Shown here piece by piece: positions 39,530 to 50,241 of a stretch of 64,000 nucleotides of DNA; position 1 is the first letter of the stretch; every line of letters starts with the position of its first letter. The notes beneath the pieces were generated by a model that did not search any database, was not told where the DNA came from, and saw only the letters and a list, made by a program, of their open reading frames with translations. The position numbers and the translations under genes are program-made. This stretch comes from Acidimicrobiia bacterium (lineage in GTDB: Bacteria; Actinomycetota; Acidimicrobiia; Spongiisociales; Spongiisociaceae), in the NCBI GenBank assembly GCA_041576165.1, contig JBFGLM010000001.1, forward strand, positions 151,176 to 215,175, in the 5' to 3' direction.

Positions 39530-40396
39530 TCACCCGGCCGCAGCCAGCGCTTGCTCGACCGCACGGCGGGTGAAGACTTTGGCCAGGTGCGCCTTGTACT
39601 CCTCTGAGCCGTATAGGTCCTCGATCACGGTGAGGCCTTCTGTCGCGCGCTCGGCTGCGGCGGCGATCGCCCCCGCCGACCCGTCTGTCCCCGTCAGCGC
39701 CTCCATGGCGCCCTCGAGGAGTACGGGCTTGGTCCCGACGCCGGTCACGGCGATACGGGCATCGGTCACGGACCCGTCGGCTCTCGTCACGCGGGCGGCC
39801 ACGCCGGCTACCGCGTAGTCTGTGTGACCTCCTCGACGTCCTAGCTTGTCGTACGCAGACCCGGAACCGGCCGCAGGTTTGGGGATCCTGACCTCTGTGA
39901 GGATTTCCGTCGGCTCCAGCGCTGAAGTGAGGGCGTCGACGAAGAAGCCATCCGACGGGATCTCGCGCGACCCGTCCGCCGAAACGGCCACCATGGTCGC
40001 CCCGAGCGCGAGCGCCGCCGCCGGTTGATCTGCCGCCACGTCGGCATGCGCCAGCGCTCCGCAGGTCGTTCCCCGGTTACGCACCTGCCGATCACCCGTC
40101 CAAGCCGCCGCCGAGGCGAGGGCGGGCAGCTCGCTCTGAATCAGAGGACTGGCGGCAACGTCCGCATGCCGGACCAGAGCGCCGATTACGATGTGGTCGC
40201 CCCGGTCCTCGATCTGATCGAGCCCCGGGATCCGCCCGATGTCCACGACGAGCTCGGGCGAGAACAATCGGAGCTTCATCAACGGAATGAGGCTCATTCC
40301 ACCGCTCATCACCTTGGCCATATCGTTCGACGCCAGCAGGCTGAGCGCCTCATCGAGTGAGGAGGGCGCGGCGTAGTCGAACTCCCTCGGGTACAT
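39530..40396 (-). CDS. Molybdenum hydroxylase FAD subunit (CoxM/CutM-like), copy 2
   Basis: SGGMSLIPLMKLRL and DRQVRNRGT.CG motifs. Confidence 0.93.
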   Translation of the reverse strand: MYPREFDYAAPSSLDEALSLLASNDMAKVMSGGMSLIPLMKLRLFSPELVVDIGRIPGLDQIEDRGDHIVIGALVRHADVAASPLIQSELPALASAAAWTGDRQVRNRGTTCGALAHADVAADQPAAALALGATMVAVSADGSREIPSDGFFVDALTSALEPTEILTEVRIPKPAAGSGSAYDKLGRRGGHTDYAVAGVAARVTRADGSVTDARIAVTGVGTKPVLLEGAMEALTGTDGSAGAIAAAAERATEGLTVIEDLYGSEEYKAHLAKVFTRRAVEQALAAAG

Positions 40397-40522
40397 ACGC
40401 TATTTCCTCATTTCCGTCTCGGCTTGCTTCCTCTCAGCTCGATGGCTGCGGCCACGTGCGCCGGGCTCCCGGGAACCCGTGGGTCCCGGGAGCCAAGCGA
40501 TGATCCCTCCTCCGGCGTGATC

Positions 40523-41386
40523 TCAGCCGGCGCGCGCGGCTGCCGAGTTGATTGCTCGTGCCACGAACGCCGGCAACACCTGCCGTCGGTAGTCGGCGGA
40601 GGCGTGGATGTCACCCATCACATCGTCACCGACGTCGTCCACCGCAGCTCGTCCAGCCGCCGCCGCGGACTCCGCGTCGACCGCCTTGCCCACCATTGCC
40701 GCCCCGGCCGACTCCGCAACCCGGGCGGTCGGGGTGAGGCCGCCCACCGCAACCGTGCACGATGTGCAAGCGCCGTCACCATCCAGCGACAAGCTGGCAC
40801 AGGCACCCACCACCGCATACCGGGAGGCCGGGTTGAACAGCTTGGCGTAGGCCGACCCACTGCCCGCGCCTTCGGCACCGACCTCGACTGCCGTCAACAG
40901 TTCATCGTCGGCCAACGCAGTTTCGAACAGTCCGGTGAAGAAATCGGCCGCCGCCATGGTCCGCGTGCCGCCGGAGCCGGTGGCATGGAACGTGGCACCG
41001 AGCGCCGCGAAAACGGTCGGCAGATCCGACGCAGGATCGGCGTGCGCCACGTTGCCACCCACCGTGCCGCGATTGCGGACCTGGGGGTCTCCGATCATCG
41101 CCGCAGCCTCCGACAGTGCAGCCGGGAAGCCGTCGGCTCCTTCGGCCGCAACCATGGAGTGGGTCGTCAACGCGCCGATCTTGAAGGCGTCACCGCTCCG
41201 TTCGATCCCACGGAGGCCGTCAATGCGTCCGATGTCGACCAGAACGCCCGGGTCCGCCAGCCGCATCTTCATGACCGGGAGCAGGCTGTGCCCTCCGGCA
41301 AGCAGCTTGCCACCTCGCTGGGTCACCAGGCTGATCGCCTCCTCGACGCTGCCGGCACGGGCATATTCAAAGACAGGCGGATACAT
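40523..41386 (-). CDS. Molybdenum hydroxylase FAD subunit (CoxM/CutM-like), copy 1
   Basis: AGGHSLLPVMKMRL and GDPQVRNRGTVGGN motifs. Confidence 0.93.
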   Translation of the reverse strand: MYPPVFEYARAGSVEEAISLVTQRGGKLLAGGHSLLPVMKMRLADPGVLVDIGRIDGLRGIERSGDAFKIGALTTHSMVAAEGADGFPAALSEAAAMIGDPQVRNRGTVGGNVAHADPASDLPTVFAALGATFHATGSGGTRTMAAADFFTGLFETALADDELLTAVEVGAEGAGSGSAYAKLFNPASRYAVVGACASLSLDGDGACTSCTVAVGGLTPTARVAESAGAAMVGKAVDAESAAAAGRAAVDDVGDDVMGDIHASADYRRQVLPAFVARAINSAAARAG

Positions 41387-43749
41387 CACGCACCTCCACC
41401 GTTGGCGGCCGCTATTGCGTTGTGGATCTTCTCCGCAGTCAGCGGCATGTCCAGGTATCTGATCCCGAGCGGAGCAAGTGCATCGAGCACGGCGTTGGAG
41501 ATCGTGGCGGTGGCCGCGATGGTCCCCATCTCTCCAGCCCCTTTCACACCCAGTGGGTTGTGCGGCGATGGCGTCTCGATGCGGTCAACGCTGATCGAAG
41601 GGAACCCGTCTGCCCGTGGCATGGCGTAATCCATCATCGAGCCCGTCAGCAACTGACCGTTCTCGTCGTACACCCCGTGTTCCCACAGCGCCTGACCCAC
41701 CCCCTGGGCGATCCCGCCGACGATCTGGCCTTCGACGATCAGCGGGTTGATCACGTTGCCGACGTCGTCCACTGCGGCGTACGACTTGACAGACACCTCC
41801 CCGGTGTCGCGGTCCACCTCGACCATGGCCACGTGGGCACTGCACGGGAAGGTGAAGTTGGCCGGATCGTAGAACGACGTGGCTTCCAGCCCGGGTTCCA
41901 TGCCGTCGGGCATGTTGTCGGCCGTGGTGACGGCGAAGGCCAGTTCGCCGAACGCCTTGGCGCTCTCCGGCGATCCTTTGACGTGGACCGTGCCCGAAGA
42001 CCGGTCGTACACCATGTCGTCGACGGAAGCCTCCAGCAAGTGCGCAGCCAAGGCCTTGAGCTTCTCACGGATCTTCTCTGCGCTCTTGACCAGCGCGCTG
42101 CCCCCAATTGCGGCGCTGCGGCTCCCGTACGTCCCCACCCCGTACGGAGTCCGGTCGGTGTCACCGTGCACCACCTCGACGTCCTCCATGGGAACGCCCA
42201 GCTCGTCCGCCACGATCTGCGCAAATGTCGTCTCGTGACCCTGACCGTGGGAGTGCGAGCCCGTGAGCACCACCACCTTGCCGGTGGGGTGCACCCGGAT
42301 GGCTCCGCTCTCGAACAGTCCTATCGCAGCCCCCAGGCCGACCGCCACGGCAGATGGCGCCGGACCGCTCGCCTCGATGCAACCGCTGAAGCCGACCCCG
42401 ACCAGCCGCCCGTCCTTGCGAGCGTCTTTCTGTTCTTTACGCATGTTCTTGTAATCCGCCAGCTCTTCGACCTTGTCGAACAGCGCCGGATAGTTGCCGC
42501 TGTCGTACTCGAGGGCGACCGGGGTCTGATACGGGAACTCGTCCGGTTGGATCAAGTTCCTGCGCCGGAGCTCGATTGGATCCATGTCGAGCTCGCGGGC
42601 GGCCAGATCAACCAAGGTTTCCAACATGTAGCTGGCCTCGGGCCGGCCGGCCCCGCGATACGCGTCCACGGGCACGGTGTTGGTCATGGTGCCGTAGCTC
42701 TGCCCGAAGATCGCCGGGATCCTGTAAAGCCCCGAGAACAAGGTTATGTAGAGCGCCGTCGGGATCAAGGGGGCGAAGGTCGACAGGTACGCCCCCATGT
42801 TCGCCCACGTTGTGACATGCAGACCAGTGATGGTGCCGTCTTTGTTGACGCCCAGTTTGGCCTGGGTCACGTGGTCCCGACCGTGCGCATCGGTCACGAA
42901 CGACTCCGTACGGCTTGCCACCCACTTGGCGGGCCGGTCAACGGCCCGTGCCACCCAGGGGACGATCACCTCTTCGGGGTAGTGGAAGATCTTGCTGCCG
43001 AAGCCCCCGCCGACATCCGGCGAGATCACCCGCAGCTTGTGCTCGGGGATCCCCAGCGTGAAAGCACCCAATAGCAACCGAATCGTGTGCGGATTCTGGC
43101 TGGTGGTCCACACCGTCATCGACTCTGTGAACCCGTCCCACTGGGCGGTGCACGCCCGTGGCTCCATGGCGTTGGGAATCAGCCGCTGGTTGACGAACTC
43201 CAGCTCGATCACATGGTCGGCATCGGCTAGCGCCTGGTTGGTGGCGTCTTCGTCCCCCAGCGGCCAGTGGAAGCTCAGATTCTGCTCCACGTCATCATGC
43301 ACTTGCGGAGCGCCTTCATCCGTCGCGCCCCGGGCGTCGACCACAGCCGGCAGCGGGTCGTAGCGAACGTCGATCAGATCGAGGGCGTCCTCCGCCACGT
43401 ACGGGTTCTCTGCGACGACGACCGCAACGCCGTCACCCACATGGCGGACCTTGTCCACCGCCAGGGGATGGTGCGGTGGCGTCTTGATATCGGGAGGGGT
43501 GAAGCCGCACGGCAGGGAGCCGGCGCCCCCATCCAGCAGGTCCTGCCCGGTGAACACGGCCACCACGCCATCCATGGCCGCCGCAGCCGACGTGTCGATG
43601 CTCTGGATCGTGGCATGGGCGAACGGGCTGCGTTTCACTGCGACGTGGACCATGCCCGGAAGCGCGAGGTTGGCCACGTATTTGCCCTTGCCCTGGATGA
43701 AACGAGGGTCCTCGACTCGCTTGATGGATTTGCCCATGTAGGTGGTCAT
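41386..43749 (-). CDS. Molybdopterin large subunit, form II CoxL/CutL-like (xanthine dehydrogenase family)
   Basis: DVGGGFG.K, AYRGAGR (42643-42663), HGQGHET and KGAGE motifs. Confidence 0.95.
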   Translation of the reverse strand: MTTYMGKSIKRVEDPRFIQGKGKYVANLALPGMVHVAVKRSPFAHATIQSIDTSAAAAMDGVVAVFTGQDLLDGGAGSLPCGFTPPDIKTPPHHPLAVDKVRHVGDGVAVVVAENPYVAEDALDLIDVRYDPLPAVVDARGATDEGAPQVHDDVEQNLSFHWPLGDEDATNQALADADHVIELEFVNQRLIPNAMEPRACTAQWDGFTESMTVWTTSQNPHTIRLLLGAFTLGIPEHKLRVISPDVGGGFGSKIFHYPEEVIVPWVARAVDRPAKWVASRTESFVTDAHGRDHVTQAKLGVNKDGTITGLHVTTWANMGAYLSTFAPLIPTALYITLFSGLYRIPAIFGQSYGTMTNTVPVDAYRGAGRPEASYMLETLVDLAARELDMDPIELRRRNLIQPDEFPYQTPVALEYDSGNYPALFDKVEELADYKNMRKEQKDARKDGRLVGVGFSGCIEASGPAPSAVAVGLGAAIGLFESGAIRVHPTGKVVVLTGSHSHGQGHETTFAQIVADELGVPMEDVEVVHGDTDRTPYGVGTYGSRSAAIGGSALVKSAEKIREKLKALAAHLLEASVDDMVYDRSSGTVHVKGSPESAKAFGELAFAVTTADNMPDGMEPGLEATSFYDPANFTFPCSAHVAMVEVDRDTGEVSVKSYAAVDDVGNVINPLIVEGQIVGGIAQGVGQALWEHGVYDENGQLLTGSMMDYAMPRADGFPSISVDRIETPSPHNPLGVKGAGEMGTIAATATISNAVLDALAPLGIRYLDMPLTAEKIHNAIAAANGGGA

Positions 43750-44216
43750 CCGGCACCTCCCATCGCCGCTGCCCCCGCCTTGACTGCTTTGACGATGTTC
43801 TCGTATCCGGTGCAGCGGCACATGTTGCCTTCGAGGCCGTGGCGAACCTCGTCGTCGGAGATGTTCGGATTCGCGTCGGCCAATTTGACGGCCGCCATGA
43901 TCATCCCCGGCGTGCAGAAGCCACACTGGAGACCGTGGCTGTCCCAGAAAGCCTGCTGCATGGGATGAAGCTGCCCGTTGGCTGCCAGGCCCTCGATGGT
44001 CGTCACCGTCGAGCCGTCGGCCTGGGCCGCGAGCACCGTGCATGACTTCACTGCCTGGCCGTCCAAATGAACCGTACAGGCGCCGCATTGGCTGGTGTCG
44101 CACCCGACATTGGTGCCGGTCAAGCCCAGTTCGTCTCTGATGTAGTCCACCAGCAGCATGCGCGGCTCGACATCGCGTTCGGACGCGGCGCCGTTGACCG
44201 TCATCGACACTCTCAT
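43746..44216 (-). CDS. 2x[2Fe-2S] small subunit (CoxS-like), copy 1
   Basis: [22 protein letters not shown] and CRCTGY motifs. Confidence 0.95.
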   Translation of the reverse strand: MRVSMTVNGAASERDVEPRMLLVDYIRDELGLTGTNVGCDTSQCGACTVHLDGQAVKSCTVLAAQADGSTVTTIEGLAANGQLHPMQQAFWDSHGLQCGFCTPGMIMAAVKLADANPNISDDEVRHGLEGNMCRCTGYENIVKAVKAGAAAMGGAG

Positions 44217-44286
44217 GAGTAGTGCCTCCCTTTCTCATCGACGACCAAACCGCTGATGTCCTGCCGCCGCCGTTCTTCTCGCATTG

Positions 44287-44949
44287 TCACTCTCCAGCTC
44301 GTCCTCGGGCGCCTCGTAGCAAGCGGAAGATCGCATAGAGCAGGACCAGCACCCCTGCCGTCAACGCTCCCCGGCGCGCCTGCCTGCGGCGGGCCGGGTC
44401 TTCCATCACATCTTTGGCATAGTTGCGGACGACTCCCATCGCGAACTCGGTCTGAGACGGGGCTTCCGGAGCGGCTGCTTCGACCGGAGTTCCCTCCTCG
44501 CCGTCTCCGGTCCGAGCCCGGACCTGCGCATCGAGACCCTCCAGCCCCGATTGGATGATCGCCTTCGCGGAGCTATCGAGGAGGCGCTGGCCGACTGCGG
44601 CCAGTCGCCCGCCGATTTGGGCGTCTCCGGCGTAGCGCAGGGTCGAGGTCGCGCCCGCCTCGTCCAGCCAGAAGCGGCCGGTGCCGCTGACGAATCCCGC
44701 AGGGCCTTGCCCGGTCACTGCGACGCTGGCGCTTTCCGGTTCCTGGATGTCCGACAGGGTGATGGCTCCGTCGAAGCTGCCCTGTACCGGCCCGATCTTG
44801 ATGTTGAGTGCGCCCTCGTATCGGTTGTCGCCGACGTGGTCCAGGCGTTCGCATCCGGGCAGAACTCGGGCGAGCACCTCCGGATCCTGCAACATTGGCC
44901 AGACGACGTCGCGCGGGGCAGCGAAATCGTATGAGCCCTCGACTTTCAT
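44287..44949 (-). CDS. coxG: CoxG / SRPBCC family protein with C-terminal TM anchor
   Basis: VW..LQDP..L...LPGC and GGRLAAVGQRL motifs; hydrophobic tail. Confidence 0.9.
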   Translation of the reverse strand: MKVEGSYDFAAPRDVVWPMLQDPEVLARVLPGCERLDHVGDNRYEGALNIKIGPVQGSFDGAITLSDIQEPESASVAVTGQGPAGFVSGTGRFWLDEAGATSTLRYAGDAQIGGRLAAVGQRLLDSSAKAIIQSGLEGLDAQVRARTGDGEEGTPVEAAAPEAPSQTEFAMGVVRNYAKDVMEDPARRRQARRGALTAGVLVLLYAIFRLLRGARGRAGE

Positions 44950-45027
44950 GCGCCCCGCCTCCTCATGCGCCGGCCGGGATGGCGCCTTCAAACCATGGGA
45001 GGGTGATGACCCGGGCAGTGACGCGCC

Positions 45028-45537
45028 TCACGCCGACTCCGCCTCCCGCTCCCACTCGGCAGGCGCCGGGGTCTCGCCACGTATCCTGGCCGAGGCGTAT
45101 TCGATCGCCCGCACGATGTTGTGGTATCCGGTGCACCGGCACAGGTTGCCTTCGATCCCGTGGCGTATCTCGTCTTCAGTCGGGTTGTCGTTTTCTTCCA
45201 GCAATGACACTGCCGACATGATCATCCCGGGGGTGCAGAACCCGCACTGCAAGCCATGGCGCTCCCAGAAACCTTCCTGAACGGGATGCAGCTGTCCGTC
45301 TTCAGCGAGGCCTTCGATCGTTCGGATCTCGGCGCCCTGGGCCTGGACCGCCAGCATCGTGCATGACTTGGTGGATCTCCCGTTGACGATGACGGTGCAT
45401 GCGCCGCAATACGAGGTCTCGCAGCCGACGTGGGTCCCGGTCAGGCCGAGATCTTCACGGATGAAGTGAACCAGCAAAGTGCGGGGCTCTACATCTCCCG
45501 ACGCCTCCACCCCGTTCACCGTCATCGATACGTGCAA
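45028..45537 (-). CDS. 2x[2Fe-2S] small subunit (CoxS-like), copy 2
   Basis: [25 protein letters not shown]; SD AAGGAG before TTG. Confidence 0.93.
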   Translation of the reverse strand: MHVSMTVNGVEASGDVEPRTLLVHFIREDLGLTGTHVGCETSYCGACTVIVNGRSTKSCTMLAVQAQGAEIRTIEGLAEDGQLHPVQEGFWERHGLQCGFCTPGMIMSAVSLLEENDNPTEDEIRHGIEGNLCRCTGYHNIVRAIEYASARIRGETPAPAEWEREAESA

Positions 45538-45736
45538 TCCGGCTCCTTCCCGAAAGATCAGCGGCTCGGCCGCACCCGAAGCTATCAGGCGTAACTCGCC
45601 TTTGCGCTGGAGATCGGACACAATCTCTAGGGCCACAGCGACGGTATCTTCTTGCGGGCATGACATGCTGGGCCATCGCCAGGCATTGACTGACTAGCGG
45701 CCGGTCACGGCCGTCTTTGCGGAGAATGGGTTTGGA

Positions 45737-46339
45737 TTGAACAGGACAGACGCGGAACTGCTCTCGGCCGCAGCAGCCGGGGATGGCGACGCGTACGCCA
45801 TTTTGTTCCGCCGTCACGTGCGCCCGATAACGGCGTACGCCGTGCGCCGGTGCGCCAATAGCGAGGAAGTCAGCGACTTGGTGGCCGAAACGTTCATGAC
45901 TGCGCTCGCCGCGGCGAGCCGGTACCGTCCCGAAACACCCACCGCGCTGCCCTGGCTGTTCGGGATTGCTAGGCGCGTGCTCTACCGACACCGGCGTAAG
46001 GCTGCCGGGTTGACCCGGCTCCAGGTCAAGGCCTCTTACGCGTATCCGCGCTACCAAGGATCCGAAGAAGACGCTATCGCGAACGCAATTGATGCGGCCC
46101 GCCGACAACCCGCCATTGAAGAGGCACTCGCCGCATTGCCCAAGGGCGAACGAGAGGTGCTGGAGCTGGTCGCATACGACGGCCTGACGCCTTCAGAAGC
46201 CGCCGCTGCGTTGAACGTGACGGCCAATGCGGCCCGGCTGCGCTTGAGCCGGGCTCGGAGGCGGATGCGCGAGGCCCTGGGCGCACCCGACCAGGTGGCT
46301 TCGGTCACGCCACTGCGGGAGGCCCGCCATGCCTCCTGA
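45737..46339 (+). CDS. ECF sigma-70 factor
   Basis: DLVAETF, WLFGIAR and region 4 LP..EREVL..EAA..L..RLRLSRAR. Confidence 0.93.
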   Translation: MNRTDAELLSAAAAGDGDAYAILFRRHVRPITAYAVRRCANSEEVSDLVAETFMTALAAASRYRPETPTALPWLFGIARRVLYRHRRKAAGLTRLQVKASYAYPRYQGSEEDAIANAIDAARRQPAIEEALAALPKGEREVLELVAYDGLTPSEAAAALNVTANAARLRLSRARRRMREALGAPDQVASVTPLREARHAS

Positions 46340-46937
46340 ATTTCACGTTTCCGATATCCCCGAGACCCCTCGTTATTGGGCGGAGCTGGAGCGGCGCCTG
46401 CGCAACGCGACCGGCGTTTGCCTCGGGAGGACGGAAGCGCCCGCCACACCCGAGTTCGAAGGCCGGCTGCTGGAGCACCTCGCCCCCGGCTCATACCGGG
46501 AGCCCCGGTTTCCCGCCGTAGCTGCGGCGGCCATGATCGCGATTGCGATGTGCACTGCAGTCCTCCTGCAGTGGCTGCCCGGCCGTACGGCACCGGCGGA
46601 GGTGGCAGCGCCCGGAGTCACGCGCCCACCGGTGGTGATGAGCAGCTTCGAGCCGACCCCCATCGAGATCATCCCGTTCGAGAGCCCATCGGATCGGTCG
46701 CTGCAGCCGGGTGTTCAGGCGCTGAGCGAGGTCGATCGCTTGACGGCCAATCTCCGGGATCGCGGGCACGAGGTTCAGATCACATACAGGCTGGTGACCG
46801 ATCCCTCACTGGACGGGGAGATCCTCGAGGTGCGGCATGCCTTCGAGACCGGCATCAGCGTCCTGCTCAAGCACGAAGCCAAGACTCCCGTGATCGTCAC
46901 CGTGGCGGAGGCTCTGCCCAACACCCGCATCTTCTGA
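46329..46937 (+). CDS. Single-TM protein, putative anti-sigma factor
   Basis: Overlaps the sigma gene; central TM segment. Confidence 0.6.
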   Translation: MPPEFHVSDIPETPRYWAELERRLRNATGVCLGRTEAPATPEFEGRLLEHLAPGSYREPRFPAVAAAAMIAIAMCTAVLLQWLPGRTAPAEVAAPGVTRPPVVMSSFEPTPIEIIPFESPSDRSLQPGVQALSEVDRLTANLRDRGHEVQITYRLVTDPSLDGEILEVRHAFETGISVLLKHEAKTPVIVTVAEALPNTRIF

Positions 46938-46979
46938 CAACGAGCCGCCCACCCTTCGGTAAAGCTCCGGCGGGCGCTG

Positions 46980-48236
46980 CTATGCCAGCATCTCAGCCGA
47001 TCCGCCGTCGCTCGCAAGTGCGAATTTCGCCACCAGCTCCACGTGGAAGGTCTGCGGAAACTGGTCGACCGGCGCTACCCAATCGAGGGAGTATCCGCGA
47101 CCGGCCAGGAGCCGAGCATCCCGAGCGAAGCTCGCCGGATCACAGCTCACATAGGCGATCACCCGAGGCCGCGACCCCGTGACGGCAGCCACGCCCGGCT
47201 CACCCAGCCCGGTCCGTGGCGGGTCGCAGATCACCAGGTCCCAGTCATCCACGGGATCCGCCAGCACATCCTCCACACGTCCCTCGATGACTTCGGCTGC
47301 GTCCACCGAATTTGAACGCAAGTTGTGGCGCAGGTCGGCCACCGCATCGTCGCCGGTCTCTACCGCCAGGACCCTCCCCGCGTGGCGCCCTACCGTGGCC
47401 GTGAACAAACCTCCGCCGGCGTAGGCATCGAGAAGAACATCATCCGGTCGGGGCTGGAGCGCTTCGGCGACCAGTGCCACCAACTCGTCAGCCGCCCAGG
47501 TGTTCACCTGGAAGAACGCGGCACCGGTGATGCGGAATCGAACGCCGGCCACGATTTCGTGAATGTGGTCGGGGCCGATGATCGGTTCGGCAGTTCCACG
47601 GCGCTTCCGGACGACCGAGGCGCCCCACTCGGCTGCCTGATCCGGGATCTGGCCATCCACGACCACCAGCGACTGGCCCGTCCGCATCCCGTGGCGAATC
47701 ACGATTCTCGTGGCGTTCGGGACGGCACCCAGCCGCCCGTAGAGCTCCGCCAGTTCCGGCAGCAACAGCATGCACGAGTCAAGCGGGACGAGCGTGCGAG
47801 ACCCCGCGGCGTACTGGCCCGTCTGTCCGTGCTCGACCTGGAAGTTCATCTTGTTGCGGTAGCGGAACGGAGGCCCGGGTGCCACCGTCGGGCGAACGTT
47901 GATTCCGGCCAGGTTGCCCAGGTGCGCCAGCTGACCGGCCACGATCGACCGCTTGTAATCAAGCTGGGCTTGATATGCGGCGTGCTGCCACTGGCATCCG
48001 CCACAGCGGCCGAAATAGGGACAGGGAGGATCGACGCGGGCAGGGCTGGGCTCGATTACGGACACCAGTGCGGCACGACCCCACGAGCCACGGTCGACGA
48101 GATCGGTGACGGTGAGCTGCTCCCCGGGCAGCCCGCCGGCCACGAACACCGTCTTGCCGTCGGGAAGGCTTCCGACGGCTTCGCCTCCGTGTGCCATGTC
48201 ACGCGTGCTCACCGGCCAGGTTTGAGCTGCCGTCAC
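46980..48236 (-). CDS. TRAM-domain RNA m5U methyltransferase (RlmD/TrmA family)
   Basis: CPYFGRCGGCQWQ, YRNK, FFQVN, DPPRTG, YVSCDP and QFPQTFHVE motifs. Confidence 0.93.
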   Translation of the reverse strand: MTAAQTWPVSTRDMAHGGEAVGSLPDGKTVFVAGGLPGEQLTVTDLVDRGSWGRAALVSVIEPSPARVDPPCPYFGRCGGCQWQHAAYQAQLDYKRSIVAGQLAHLGNLAGINVRPTVAPGPPFRYRNKMNFQVEHGQTGQYAAGSRTLVPLDSCMLLLPELAELYGRLGAVPNATRIVIRHGMRTGQSLVVVDGQIPDQAAEWGASVVRKRRGTAEPIIGPDHIHEIVAGVRFRITGAAFFQVNTWAADELVALVAEALQPRPDDVLLDAYAGGGLFTATVGRHAGRVLAVETGDDAVADLRHNLRSNSVDAAEVIEGRVEDVLADPVDDWDLVICDPPRTGLGEPGVAAVTGSRPRVIAYVSCDPASFARDARLLAGRGYSLDWVAPVDQFPQTFHVELVAKFALASDGGSAEMLA

Positions 48237-48718
48237 AGGCCCTCCAACAGGGCTTCGGTCAGCGCCCCCTGCAGCCAGGAGAGATAATGGAGCAGCGCCA
48301 TGGCCGGCTCCGGCGAGTCTTCCTCGCCCCATCCCTCGGTCTCGATCCCCAGCCGCGCGGCGAGCGTCAGCCGGGCTTCGCCCAATACCAACAACCACGA
48401 CTCGGCCTGTTCGGGGGACAGCACGGCGGAGCCCGTGACTGCCGCGTCGAGGACCTCGACAAAAGCCGACCGGTCGGCGCTGCGTCCCTCGGCCATTTCC
48501 GAGGACGTCAGCCGGCGAAACTCCTCCGTTGCCTGCGGATCGTCCGGGTACACACCAATGTCCAGCCGCTCTGCTGCCGAATCGCCCGGAGCCTCCCCCA
48601 CCGACTCCAGCAACTGCGGGATCACACGCAGCGCCTCGACCTCGTCGGGTGAGAGGCGCAGACGAATTCCTTTCCGGTGCCGGGTGAAGGGTCTCAATCT
48701 CGTTCCAGGGTCGCCCAC
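48233..48718 (-). CDS. DUF2017 family protein
   Basis: Follows clpS; EFRRLT, W...L..ARL.LA.RL and YLSWLQ motifs; start uncertain. Confidence 0.85.
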   Translation of the reverse strand: MGDPGTRLRPFTRHRKGIRLRLSPDEVEALRVIPQLLESVGEAPGDSAAERLDIGVYPDDPQATEEFRRLTSSEMAEGRSADRSAFVEVLDAAVTGSAVLSPEQAESWLLVLGEARLTLAARLGIETEGWGEEDSPEPAMALLHYLSWLQGALTEALLEGL

Positions 48719-48987
48719 AGTCCATAGCGATGCAGACGGAAGCAGTCGAGCTCGGCCCTTTCGCGAGGCCCCGACGACACAATCGCCCGCCCCTCATGGT
48801 GGACCTGCAGCATCAGTTTGGTGGCTTTGTCCTCGGAGTAGCCGAACAGCTTGCGGAGGACGTACACCACATATGTCATCAGGTTGACCGGATCATTCCA
48901 CACCACGACATTCCATGCGCGATCCAGATCAACGTCCTCGTCGATCTGCGGATCTTCCACCTCTTGTGGTGCGATCTGTGCCTGCAC
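48694..48987 (-). CDS. clpS: ATP-dependent Clp protease adaptor ClpS
   Basis: [25 protein letters not shown] and GLWAT motifs. Confidence 0.95.
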   Translation of the reverse strand: MQAQIAPQEVEDPQIDEDVDLDRAWNVVVWNDPVNLMTYVVYVLRKLFGYSEDKATKLMLQVHHEGRAIVSSGPRERAELDCFRLHRYGLWATLERD

Positions 48988-49227
48988 ACCATGAGGTTAG
49001 GTGCGAAGAGGCGGTAGCTCAGCCGTCGCACCGGGGTCTGGGCGGGCTCCTCCGAGAGCGGGGTTGTTGGCCCGGGTGCGGACCGCTTTCTCGCCGCGGA
49101 GTCGGCCTCGCCATCGCTTCCAGCCGGCGGCGCCGAATCCGACCCACCACACGAGGGAGTGTTTCGATCATCTGCCGTCACCCCAGCGGCACACCCATGA
49201 GGGTCGTTCCCGACGATCCGGACCCGG

Positions 49228-50040
49228 TCAGCGGACGACGGCCGGGTAGGTCCCGAGTATCCGGAGATCAGCCATCGTCGCGGGCGGGGGGGCAAGGATT
49301 GAGGCCAGACCTTCGCGTCCCGGTGCGTGCACCATGTCGATGAAGAACCGGTATTGCCACGCGGTCTCGTAGGGGCGAGACTCAATTCGCGTCAAGTTCG
49401 CCCCCCGCAAGCCCAGCTCGGTGAGGGCCAGTGCGAGTGCTCCGGGGGTGTGGGCGGTGGCGAATACCACGCTCGTCTTGTTGGCTTCCGGAGGAATGTC
49501 CACCGTCCCGAGTTGGAGAACGACAAAACGGGTTGTGTTGTGATCCCGGTCAACGAAATTCGATTCGAGCACCTCGAGGCCGTGCCGCTCGGCCGCCTCC
49601 GCCGATCCCAGCGCGGCCTCCGTCGGGTCGCCGTGCTCGGCCACCTGTCGTACCGCCCCGGCCGTGTCGTGGGTCAGCACCGGGGTCCAGCCGCGACGGT
49701 CGATGCGGTCCTGAGCTTGGGAGAGTGCTTCGGGATGGGACCGAACAGTACGGATCTCCTCCAGCGTTGCTCCCGGCACCGCCATCAGTGCGTGCTGAAC
49801 CTCGATGGTGTGCTCGCCCACGATCGAAGCATCGGTCTGCGCAAGCCGGTCAAGGACGGGGAGCACGGAACCCGTCGTTGTGTTCTCGATCGGCAGGACC
49901 AGCCGGTCAACGTCCTTGTCGTTCAGCCCGTGGAACGCGGCCGCGAAGCTCGGAAAGCCGATGCGCTCTTCTCCGGGGAACACCTCGCCGGCGGCACGGT
50001 GCGAGTACGAGCGGGGCTCCCCTTGATATCCGATCTGCAT
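49228..50040 (-). CDS. pheA: Prephenate dehydratase with ACT domain
   Basis: YQGEP.SYS, PIENTT.GSV, SHPEAL.Q, NTTRF and LTRIESRP motifs. Confidence 0.94.
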   Translation of the reverse strand: MQIGYQGEPRSYSHRAAGEVFPGEERIGFPSFAAAFHGLNDKDVDRLVLPIENTTTGSVLPVLDRLAQTDASIVGEHTIEVQHALMAVPGATLEEIRTVRSHPEALSQAQDRIDRRGWTPVLTHDTAGAVRQVAEHGDPTEAALGSAEAAERHGLEVLESNFVDRDHNTTRFVVLQLGTVDIPPEANKTSVVFATAHTPGALALALTELGLRGANLTRIESRPYETAWQYRFFIDMVHAPGREGLASILAPPPATMADLRILGTYPAVVR

Positions 50041-50241
50041 TCGCGCAGCGTAGCCGTGCTGTCGGGCAGTTCCGCCGGATATCGGTTGCGGCCGTCGGGG
50101 GCCGGGAGGGCATCGCAAGCAACTGTGCGGCGACCGACTGCGACTACCTTCTTCGTCGCCGGGTCGTGCCGCCGCCGAGACTCGCTCACGAGCGACAACG
50201 AGACCGCCGATAGGCAACTATCAGCCACCGAAAGACAGGGT

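Noticed and set aside
41386-43749. Calling the cluster an aerobic CO dehydrogenase
   Set aside because: The active-site loop is AYRGAGR and lacks the Cu-binding Cys of form I (AYxCSFR); gene order is S-L-M
48997-49170. Possible 57-aa minus-strand ORF (MIETLPRVV...) between pheA and clpS
   Set aside because: Low-complexity Arg/Pro composition and no recognisable motif; unsupported
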